A DNA stretch of 50,064 nt, from NCBI GenBank assembly GCA_038729325.1, contig JAVYSG010000001.1, forward strand, positions 1 to 50,064, given 5' to 3'. Made by a program: the position numbers and the translations under genes. The DNA comes from Thermoplasmataceae archaeon (GTDB lineage Archaea; Thermoplasmatota; Thermoplasmata; Thermoplasmatales; Thermoplasmataceae). Shown here one piece after another: positions 19,345 through 27,142 of the stretch. Numbering within the stretch: the stretch's first letter is position 1; every line of letters starts with the position of its first letter. The notes beneath the pieces are model-generated. The model worked only from the letters and a program-made list of their open reading frames with translations, made no database searches and had not been told where the DNA came from.

Positions 19345-19440
19345 CTTCTGAATGCATATGAGTAAATTGTATTTAAACACTTTCTTATGTCTAAATTGAC
19401 TAAAATATATATAGCGGTCGTGCATGGCTAGTTGTTGAAG
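19345..19440. promoter_or_regulatory. divergent promoter region between sufC and the SufR-like gene
   Basis: A minus-strand TTTAAATA (plus 19370-19377) lies about 30 nt upstream of the sufC GTG. A plus-strand TAAAATATATATAG (19401-19414) lies upstream of the regulator start. TAAATTG is repeated at 19363 and 19392. Confidence 0.45.
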
Positions 19441-20130
19441 ATGGATGAAACCGTTGAGACCATGGGTGATCTGTCCTCGCTTCTGGGGCAGATGAAGGGC
19501 AATATAATCCAGGAACTGAGTTATTCGGAAAGAAGCATGGATGATCTTGCCCATCTGCTTGGCATTAACAAAAATGCCGTGAAGGAGCACATGGAATCTC
19601 TGGAAAAGAAAGGCTATGTCCAGCCATTTTTCAGAGGAGGCGGGGCAGGTAGGCCAAAAAAATTCTACAGGCTCACAGAAAAGGGAATGGGACTCCTGCC
19701 AAAAAGATACATTTCTTTTGCAACCATGCTCGTGGAGGAGCTTGAAACAGAATTTGGAAGAGAAAAGGTAAATTTCATTCTTGGCAAGGTTGCGGACAAG
19801 ATAGTTGGAGAATCCGGCTGGAAAAGGCCTTCAGGTGTTCCAGAATCGAGGGAGGATAAACTGAAGAGGCTTCAGGATTTCGTCGGAACTCTTAACAAGC
19901 TCGGCTATTATGCAAGGCTTGAAGTTACGGATGATGTTGTGAGAATAATAAGGCACAACTGCATATTCTATGAACTTGCAAAGAACAACAGCAGGATCAT
20001 ATGCACGGCCCTTGGATCAGATATAATAAAAAATTCCATCAACCAGGACTTCAGGATCAGAGAGAAATTCTCTGATGGGGATAATAAATGCGTGGTTGAG
20101 GTGAGCCTCACAGACCAGGCTGGTTCCTGA
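19441..20130 (+). CDS. ArsR/COG2345-type winged-HTH transcriptional regulator, SufR-like
   Basis: The wHTH with wing ...GGGAGRPKKFYRLTEKG is typical of the SufR/COG2345 group. The C-terminal domain carries C-x13-C-x28-C. The gene is divergent from the suf operon. I chose the ATG at 19441. The ORF-track start at 19432 is a TTG. Confidence 0.55.
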   Translation: MDETVETMGDLSSLLGQMKGNIIQELSYSERSMDDLAHLLGINKNAVKEHMESLEKKGYVQPFFRGGGAGRPKKFYRLTEKGMGLLPKRYISFATMLVEELETEFGREKVNFILGKVADKIVGESGWKRPSGVPESREDKLKRLQDFVGTLNKLGYYARLEVTDDVVRIIRHNCIFYELAKNNSRIICTALGSDIIKNSINQDFRIREKFSDGDNKCVVEVSLTDQAGS

Positions 20131-21073
20131 TATGCATTTCCTTCAGGTTTTTGATCATATCCTCTGTCATGGCATCAATGTCATAAGCTGGTGAGAATCC
20201 CCAGTCTATTTTTGCATCGGTAGAATCCAGGCTCCTTGGCCATGTTTCTGCTATGGTCTGCCTGTAGTCGGGCCTGTATGTGACCCTGAACTCTGGTATC
20301 ACTTTCCTGATTGCCGATGCAAGCGTACCGGGATCGAAGCTGAATGCAGATATGTTGTAGTCGATTGTATACCTAAGTTTTCCCTCATCAGCAGAATAAA
20401 GTTTCATCAGCGAATCAAGTGCATCAGGCATGTACATCATGGGGAGCGCTGCATCTTCCTTCAGGTAGCATTCATAACTTTTCCCGGCGACTGCATGATA
20501 ATACATGTCCACAGCGTAATCGGTTGTACCTGCAGACGGTGGAGTCTTGTAGCTGACAATCCCGGGATAACGTACACCCCTGACGTCCAGCCCGAATTTG
20601 TTGCGGAAATAAGCTGCCAGGAGCTCAGCATTGACCTTGGTTACCCCATACATTGTTGTGGGTCTCGTAACTGTAACTACAGGAACATTGTCACGTGGCG
20701 TATCCTTCCCGAAAACACCTATTGTGCTTGGTATCATCACACGATTAACGCCTGCCTTAATTGCGGAATCAAGCACGTTGAACGTCCCTACGCTGTTGAC
20801 CATGAATGCCAGTTCCGGATTTCTTTCACCCAGTGCAGAGAGGATCCCTGCCATGTGAAAAACATCAGTCACAGACCGATCCTTCATGGTTGAAGTCACC
20901 ATTTCCCTGTCTGTTACATCCAGAGTAATATATTCAATGTCATGAAAAATATCTGAATCCTGTGGTTTAACGTCGCTTGCTATAACCCGTGACGACCCAA
21001 ATTTCTTAACAAGCAGGGGAACAAGTTCTGTACCTATCTGACCCAGGGATCCGGTCACCAGGATAGTGCCCAT
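20108..21073 (-). CDS. tdh: NAD-dependent epimerase/dehydratase-fold protein, likely GalE-like L-threonine 3-dehydrogenase
   Basis: It has the motif ILVTGSLGQIGTELV, the catalytic YGVTK, and RYPGIVSY...SAGTTDYAV...LPMMYMPDAL. From memory this closely resembles the SDR-type L-ThrDH described from Thermoplasma volcanium. Confidence 0.65.
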   Translation of the reverse strand: MGTILVTGSLGQIGTELVPLLVKKFGSSRVIASDVKPQDSDIFHDIEYITLDVTDREMVTSTMKDRSVTDVFHMAGILSALGERNPELAFMVNSVGTFNVLDSAIKAGVNRVMIPSTIGVFGKDTPRDNVPVVTVTRPTTMYGVTKVNAELLAAYFRNKFGLDVRGVRYPGIVSYKTPPSAGTTDYAVDMYYHAVAGKSYECYLKEDAALPMMYMPDALDSLMKLYSADEGKLRYTIDYNISAFSFDPGTLASAIRKVIPEFRVTYRPDYRQTIAETWPRSLDSTDAKIDWGFSPAYDIDAMTEDMIKNLKEMHIRNQPGL

Positions 21074-21261
21074 GCCTGGGAAATGCCATGGTGCTCATAA
21101 ATTCTTGCGATTTATGTGTCATGCATTTTAGAATCAGTGTTTTTCTTTTCATGAGAAGGTGGGCATGCCATGTGGAAACATACTGTTATCCTCTCTGGTA
21201 TGAAATCCTCATCAACATCGATCAGTATTAAATACAGAATAATAGTACCAATGCGATCAAC

Positions 21262-21675
21262 ATGGAACCGGTCATAACGGACAGCAGGATTGACCTGCCA
21301 GATTTCATGGCTGATTCGAACCCGGACAACAGAAGCGCAGTCTTCTCACTTGTCAAGGCAACCCAGTTCTCAGGTTTTCCTGATGTCAGGGGGATATATT
21401 ATGAGACTGATCAGGATACGGCCCTGAGGGTTCTTAAGCGAATAAGATCAGACGCCATGGACAGATTTCCGGTAAGCGACATATCCGTCATCCTCAGAAC
21501 CGGAAACATATCCATAGGCGATTATGTCTCAATAGTCATGGCCTGGGGAAGGAGAAGCGAGGATACATTTTCTGCATGTAAATTTGTGGCGGAGGAAATT
21601 GCCAGCGAAGTCCCCATGTGGAAATACGAGGTCAGGAAAAAAGAGACCGTACATTATGGCCTCGATATGAAGTGA
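21262..21675 (+). CDS. MoaE-like (molybdopterin synthase catalytic subunit family) protein, divergent
   Basis: The C-terminal pattern ISVILRTGNISIGDYVSIVMAWGRRSEDTFSACKFVAEEIASEVPMWKYE parallels E. coli MoaE ...VIHRIGEL.PGD.IV.V.V.SAHR..AF.A..FIMDYLK..APFWKRE. Confidence 0.5.
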   Translation: MEPVITDSRIDLPDFMADSNPDNRSAVFSLVKATQFSGFPDVRGIYYETDQDTALRVLKRIRSDAMDRFPVSDISVILRTGNISIGDYVSIVMAWGRRSEDTFSACKFVAEEIASEVPMWKYEVRKKETVHYGLDMK

Positions 21676-21752
21676 TCCTGACTCCGGGTACTGCAAAAAG
21701 TGCAAGGCGCAAATAGTACATTAACCAGTATACGAATTGATAAGGTTATACC

Positions 21753-21761
21753 TATTTAATA
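21753..21761 (+). promoter_or_regulatory. TATA-box-like element upstream of the ALDH-like gene
   Basis: TATTTAATA is centred about 25 nt upstream of the ATG at 21782, which fits a leaderless or very short-leader transcript. Confidence 0.4.
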
Positions 21762-21781
21762 GTAGAAGAAAATCTCATATT

Positions 21782-23152
21782 ATGATAATCCGGAACAAGT
21801 TCACCGATTCACGTTTCTACGAGGTCAGGGAGACCAGTCTTCCTGAATCCCGGGAGATGATACATCACAGTGTGAATGCATATCACAGCCTTGAGGAATA
21901 TCCTGGTTTCAAGCTTCAGGAAAATCTCATTCAGGCAGCAGATATCATATCCCGAGAGGGATCTGCGCTGGCTGAAATGCTTGCCCAGGAAACTGGAAAA
22001 CCTGTGAAAATCGCCATGGACGAGGTGTTGCGATCACAGGAGGCTTTCAGGACGGCTGCATCTGAAATTCTGAAATCAAACGGCGAAACAAGAAGGCTGG
22101 ATACCACTCACTCCGGAATGAACAGGATAACGTACTCTGCACCTGTCCCGCTTGGTCCCATGCTGTATATTGCTTCATACTTCAGCCCTTTATTTTCAAC
22201 TGCAATCCGAGTTGCATCGGCCCTGGCGGTGAGGAACAGCGTCGTAGTAAAGCCCTCTACCCTCACACCGGCAACAACCGACAGGCTTCAGAAAATCATT
22301 TCGGAGGCGGGATTCCCTGCCAATTCAATGCAGGTCGCCAGGACATCCGGATTTGGAAATGTCACAAAATTCCTTGTAGAATCACACGAGATGAAGATTC
22401 TGAATTTTTCAGGAAAATGGGAAACGGCAACGAGGATAGCGGGGATAGGCGGACTGAAGAAATACATTATGGAAATATTCGGGAACTTCCCGGCAATTGT
22501 GTGGGACGATGCAGATCTTGACATGGCTGCAGAACAGATTGCAAGGTCTGCCTTTGTGACTTCCACCTACACCGGCCATCATCTCCAGAGGATACTTGTC
22601 CATCAGGATTCCTATGATTATCTGAAAAACAGGCTCATGGAAATCATATCGCATTTCAGGGTCGGAGATCCAATGGACCCTGCAACAGACGTTGGTCCCA
22701 TGATATCAATTGAGGAGGCAAAATCTGCTGAGGATTTTGTCTCGGTTGCCAGATCACTGGGCGGTAACATACTGTCTGGCGGCACCAGAACAGATTCCAT
22801 AATGATGCCAACACTCATTGAAAATATTGACACCACGTCGTACATATGGAACAATGATGTCCCGGGCCCGGTCACCATGATTGCGCCTGTATCATCTGTG
22901 TCTCAGGCAATAAAGATTGCAAATGATGCTCCAACCGGAATAAGTGCCAGCATATTCACATCTGATATGAACACTGCATTCTTTGCATCCGAGAAGCTGG
23001 CCTTCCCAACCCTGATAATAAATGACTTCCCGGATTATCTCCCGGATTCAATTCCAATCTCTGGATCAGGGAAGAACTGGACATACAGGCATGGTGTAAG
23101 ATATCTGATGGATGAGATTTCCGGAGTGAGGGAAACTGTTATTAAAAGATAG
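21782..23152 (+). CDS. aldehyde dehydrogenase superfamily protein lacking the catalytic cysteine (cysteine-free)
   Basis: It has ALDH length and motif order (VVVKPST, FSGKWETA, EIFGNFP, DVGPMIS, PTGISASIFT). I used the ATG at 21782. The ORF-track start at 21737 is a TTG upstream of the TATA element. Confidence 0.8.
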   Translation: MIIRNKFTDSRFYEVRETSLPESREMIHHSVNAYHSLEEYPGFKLQENLIQAADIISREGSALAEMLAQETGKPVKIAMDEVLRSQEAFRTAASEILKSNGETRRLDTTHSGMNRITYSAPVPLGPMLYIASYFSPLFSTAIRVASALAVRNSVVVKPSTLTPATTDRLQKIISEAGFPANSMQVARTSGFGNVTKFLVESHEMKILNFSGKWETATRIAGIGGLKKYIMEIFGNFPAIVWDDADLDMAAEQIARSAFVTSTYTGHHLQRILVHQDSYDYLKNRLMEIISHFRVGDPMDPATDVGPMISIEEAKSAEDFVSVARSLGGNILSGGTRTDSIMMPTLIENIDTTSYIWNNDVPGPVTMIAPVSSVSQAIKIANDAPTGISASIFTSDMNTAFFASEKLAFPTLIINDFPDYLPDSIPISGSGKNWTYRHGVRYLMDEISGVRETVIKR

Positions 23153-23157
23153 GAGGA

Positions 23158-24372
23158 TTACTTCAGAGGCCTCATCCTCTTTATTACTTCAGAAGAGAAT
23201 TCACTGCACTTGAGTGCCTTTATATTGAGTACCCTTGCCAGGTCCTGGGTCACTTTCTGTTCCTTATAGGCAGACATTATGGCACTTTCCAGAATGTCGG
23301 CAGCCTCATTCCATCCAAGGTGACGCAGCATCATTTCCCCTGATAACATCAGGGAAGTTGGGTTGGCAACGTCCATTCCGGCATACTTCGGGGCAGTACC
23401 GTGCACTGCTTCGAATATTGCATAAACATCCCCGACATTTCCGCCCGGGGCAAGGCCAAGTCCACCAACCTGGGCGGCAAGGGCATCCGAGAGGTAGTCT
23501 CCATTGAGATTTGTTGTTGCTATGACATCGTAGTCCTCTGTCCTTGTGAGAACCTGCTGGAACATGTTGTCTGTTATCCTGTCCTTCACAACTATCCTGG
23601 AGGGAAAAGCTTCCGGCTGCTTCAGATATTCCTCCTCTGTGACCGTTTTGTCCCCGAATTCCGTTCTTGCGACCTCATAACCCCAGTCCTTGAATGCGCC
23701 CTCGGTGTACTTCATAATGTTTCCTTTATGAACGAGGGTAACGCTCTTCCTCCTGTTCTGTACTGCGTATTCCAGTGCCTTCCTGACCAGTCTTGCCGAT
23801 CTGAACCTGCTGATGGGCTTTATTCCAATCCCGGTGTCATCCGTAAGATTTACCGAGAAATTTTCCGAGAGAAATTTTCTCAGCATTGTAGCTTCAGGTG
23901 AATCATATTTCCATTCTATCCCCATATACAGATCCTCAGTGTTTTCCCTGAATACAACCATATTCATCTTTTCAGGATTTTTCACCGGGGACGGAACACC
24001 CGGAAAGAACTTAACAGGTCGTATATTGGCATACAGGTCAAAATACTGCCTCAGCGTAACATTCAGACTCCTGAAACCCTGGCCAATTGGTGTTGTAAGC
24101 GGTCCCTTTATGGATACCACGCATTTTTTCAGGAGATCAAGTGATTCCTGAGGAAGATGCTTCCCTGTGGTCTCCATGGCCTCTTCACCGGCCAGTACCT
24201 TCTCCCAGACTATGTTTCTCTTTCCACCGTATGCAATTTCGAGTGATGCATTGATTGCCGCTATTGATGCTTTTGTAATGTCCGGGCCAATTCCATCGCC
24301 TTCAATGTAACCTATTGTAGGATTGCTGGGGATTTCCATTCCCTTTCCTTCTATAACCTTAATGTACACCAT
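23158..24372 (-). CDS. icd: isocitrate dehydrogenase (NADP-type)
   Basis: It has IGYIEGDGIGPDIT, SLNVTLRQ, NLNGDYLSDA and GLAPGGN, the classic IDH/IMDH family signature in a 404-aa protein. Confidence 0.9.
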   Translation of the reverse strand: MVYIKVIEGKGMEIPSNPTIGYIEGDGIGPDITKASIAAINASLEIAYGGKRNIVWEKVLAGEEAMETTGKHLPQESLDLLKKCVVSIKGPLTTPIGQGFRSLNVTLRQYFDLYANIRPVKFFPGVPSPVKNPEKMNMVVFRENTEDLYMGIEWKYDSPEATMLRKFLSENFSVNLTDDTGIGIKPISRFRSARLVRKALEYAVQNRRKSVTLVHKGNIMKYTEGAFKDWGYEVARTEFGDKTVTEEEYLKQPEAFPSRIVVKDRITDNMFQQVLTRTEDYDVIATTNLNGDYLSDALAAQVGGLGLAPGGNVGDVYAIFEAVHGTAPKYAGMDVANPTSLMLSGEMMLRHLGWNEAADILESAIMSAYKEQKVTQDLARVLNIKALKCSEFSSEVIKRMRPLK

Positions 24373-24738
24373 CTGTTATCTCTGTGGAATTCATTATTCA
24401 CTCTTATATTTTCAGGCATGGATCAATACCCGTTATAAGAAAATACTAACTATTCATGATAACCGCTTCATTGCTAAATCCCTGTGAATCATCACTCAGC
24501 AATTGAAGAAGTCCAGGAAATTCCCGCTTTTTATCGCTCAGGCTCGGGGCATTAAACCTCACATTGTTTTAGCAGAGAAAACCTGCACTGCAGAACCTTC
24601 GTGTTGAAGTATCACGAAGTCTTATTAGGCAAGAAACAATGATTTGGAAGTGGACTTCAACAGAGTTTTCAGGCTGCACACGGTATCAGATAAATTCTCA
24701 GGAAATCAGGCAGGAAATCCGTTATGGAGGTTTCTGAA

Positions 24739-26064
24739 ATGATAGCTGCTGTTCTCGGGCTGCAATTTGGAGACGAGGGCAAGGGAAAGATCACCGACTT
24801 CCTCAGCGGGAGATTCCAGGTTTCGGTCAGATTCAATGGCGGCGGGAATGCCGGTCACACTGTGGTCGCCAATGGGAAAACCTACAAATTTCACCTGATA
24901 CCTTCAGGGTCTCTCAGATGTGAAACTGTCATCCTTGGGAACGGCATGGTGATTGACCCCCATGGCCTGGCCGAGGAAATGGATAAGCTGACAGCTTCTG
25001 GCTGTTCCTCACGCATTCTCATAAGCAAGATGGCACATGTCGTAACACCAATGCACAAGATACTTGACACAAAAGAGGAGGGTGTAAGATCAAAGCTTAG
25101 CATTGGTACAACTGCACAGGGAATAGGACCAACCTACGAGGACAAATACGCAAGAACCGGCATAAGAATGGTTGATCTCCTGAGCCCTGAAATCCTCAGA
25201 GAGAAAGTGGAGACCATATACAGGATGAAGGAAAGCCTGCTTGGCAGCACTGAATTCAGCAACAAGAAGAACAGAGAAGCCATGGTGGATGAATTGTACA
25301 GAGTAGGCCAGAAGCTCACGCCATTTCTTGAATATACTGAGCTTGAAATTTTCAGGCAGTACCGGAATGGCAAGAGCATACTGTTTGAAGGAGCACAGGG
25401 AACAATGCTTGACATAGACTTCGGGATGTACCCGTTCGTAACGTCTTCCAATGCACTTGCCGGGGCGCTTTCCCTTGGCGCAGGATTTCCGTTCCGGAAA
25501 GTGAATTATGTCATTGGCGTGGCTAAAGCCTACATGTCAAGAGTTGGCTCGGGGCCTTTTCCCACGGAACTTGAGGAGACACAGGCTGCCAGACTCAGGG
25601 ATCTGGGCCACGAGTTTGGTACTACAACTGGAAGGCCAAGACGTGTGGGCTGGCTTGATATTCCCATGCTCAGATATTCCATTATGATGAATGACGTTGA
25701 TGCGCTTGCTGTCACAAGACTTGACACGCTTGGGCAGATGGATAAGATCAGAATCTGCACTGCATACAGAAAAGGTGGACAGGAAATTGACTACATACCC
25801 AGAAGTTCCGCTGAGTTTTCTGGAGTGGAGATGGATTACATAGATATGGAACCCTGGGGAAAGCTTGACCAGCCGGATAACGGGTACACTTTCAATGCCC
25901 TTCCAGCAGCGCTGAGAAGGTATGTTGAGAAAATAGAGGAACTCCTGGAAATACCGGTTGACATAATATCACTTGGGGAAGGCCGTGAAAATACCATAGT
26001 GCGGGAGACTTCTGTGCTCAATAATCAAGAACCAGGTACACAGGAGCATGGTCAGATCCTTTGA
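24739..26064 (+). CDS. purA: adenylosuccinate synthetase
   Basis: It has the P-loop GLQFGDEGKGK and the motifs GTTAQGIGPTYEDK and TTGRPRRVGWLD. GGAGGT lies 7 nt upstream of the ATG at 24739. An alternative ATG lies at 24724. Confidence 0.9.
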   Translation: MIAAVLGLQFGDEGKGKITDFLSGRFQVSVRFNGGGNAGHTVVANGKTYKFHLIPSGSLRCETVILGNGMVIDPHGLAEEMDKLTASGCSSRILISKMAHVVTPMHKILDTKEEGVRSKLSIGTTAQGIGPTYEDKYARTGIRMVDLLSPEILREKVETIYRMKESLLGSTEFSNKKNREAMVDELYRVGQKLTPFLEYTELEIFRQYRNGKSILFEGAQGTMLDIDFGMYPFVTSSNALAGALSLGAGFPFRKVNYVIGVAKAYMSRVGSGPFPTELEETQAARLRDLGHEFGTTTGRPRRVGWLDIPMLRYSIMMNDVDALAVTRLDTLGQMDKIRICTAYRKGGQEIDYIPRSSAEFSGVEMDYIDMEPWGKLDQPDNGYTFNALPAALRRYVEKIEELLEIPVDIISLGEGRENTIVRETSVLNNQEPGTQEHGQIL

Positions 26065-26782
26065 CATCCTGCATTATGCCGGCATCCTTCACTCTGGATT
26101 TTATGTCAGCGGATACAACGAAATAATCTATCCTCCATCCTATATTTCTTGATCTTGCATTGTGCATATACGACCACCACGAATAATGTCCCGGTTCGCT
26201 GTTGAACATCCTGAAGGTGTCGATGTAACCGTCATCCAGGAACTCTGTCATCCATTCTCTCTCCTCCTTTGTAAAACCTGCATTATGCTCATTGCTTTTG
26301 GGATTTGCAATATCTATCTCCTTGTGGGCAACATTGAAGTCACCTGTTATGATAACGGGTTTCTTTTCTCTCAGCCCATTGCAGAACCTGTGGAACTCAG
26401 AGTTGAACGCAAGCTTATAATCAAGCCTTGTAAGTCCGCGCTGCGAGTTTGGAAAATAAACATTCAGAAAATAAAAATTGTCCAGCTCCAGTCCCATTAT
26501 CCTGCCTTCATTATCAAACTCAGGATTTCCGATCCCGCGAATGGGTATGGCAGGATGTATCCTTGAGAGTGTGAGAGTGCCGCTGTAGCCTTTTTTCTCG
26601 GCTGAATTGAGATATGCAGTATATCCGTCGGGTGACAGCTCTGCGGGTATCTGCCCCTGTGAGATCTTGACCTCCTGCATGGCCATTATGTCAGGAGATT
26701 CTTTCCGTATGAAGTCCGGGAGACCGGATTTCATTGCTGCCCTGAGGCCATTCACGTTCCATGATATCAGTTTGATTGACAT
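26018..26782 (-). CDS. xth: exodeoxyribonuclease III (AP endonuclease)
   Basis: It has MSIKLISWNVNGLRA..., QEVK, GDFNVAH and GSDHAPV. I chose the ATG at 26782. Confidence 0.85.
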   Translation of the reverse strand: MSIKLISWNVNGLRAAMKSGLPDFIRKESPDIMAMQEVKISQGQIPAELSPDGYTAYLNSAEKKGYSGTLTLSRIHPAIPIRGIGNPEFDNEGRIMGLELDNFYFLNVYFPNSQRGLTRLDYKLAFNSEFHRFCNGLREKKPVIITGDFNVAHKEIDIANPKSNEHNAGFTKEEREWMTEFLDDGYIDTFRMFNSEPGHYSWWSYMHNARSRNIGWRIDYFVVSADIKSRVKDAGIMQDVKGSDHAPVYLVLDY

Positions 26783-27142
26783 TGGAAGTGTATCAGTGCG
26801 GAACGTTAAAAACATTTACCGCCTCTGTTAAAAATCTGGCAGGGTACACTGCAAAGGAGTTGCGGCGACGCCCCATTATACCACCGGCAGCTGATTGTTA
26901 TCAATAATTTACCGGAAATTTATGCCAAATCTACCTGGGAAAAAGCGCAGCTGTGAACAATGACACATGGAACAGGAACGCATGCGGATTGAGCATCCAT
27001 GGGAATTTGAGCACACACCATCCAACTGAATGACAGAATCGATCCAACATTTCCTCGGTCCATAATTCAGGCTGGTACTCACGTTTACATTTCTGAAATA
27101 TCGAATCAAAAGACTTAATCAAATTAAAGTGATATTGCCAGT

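Noticed and set aside
19345-19590. An 81-codon N-terminal extension of sufC appears in the ORF track (332 aa in total).
   Set aside because: The extension has no SufC similarity. It crosses the TATA-like promoter elements and overlaps the divergent regulator gene. The conserved SufC N-terminus begins at 19344/19335 with a GTG or TTG.
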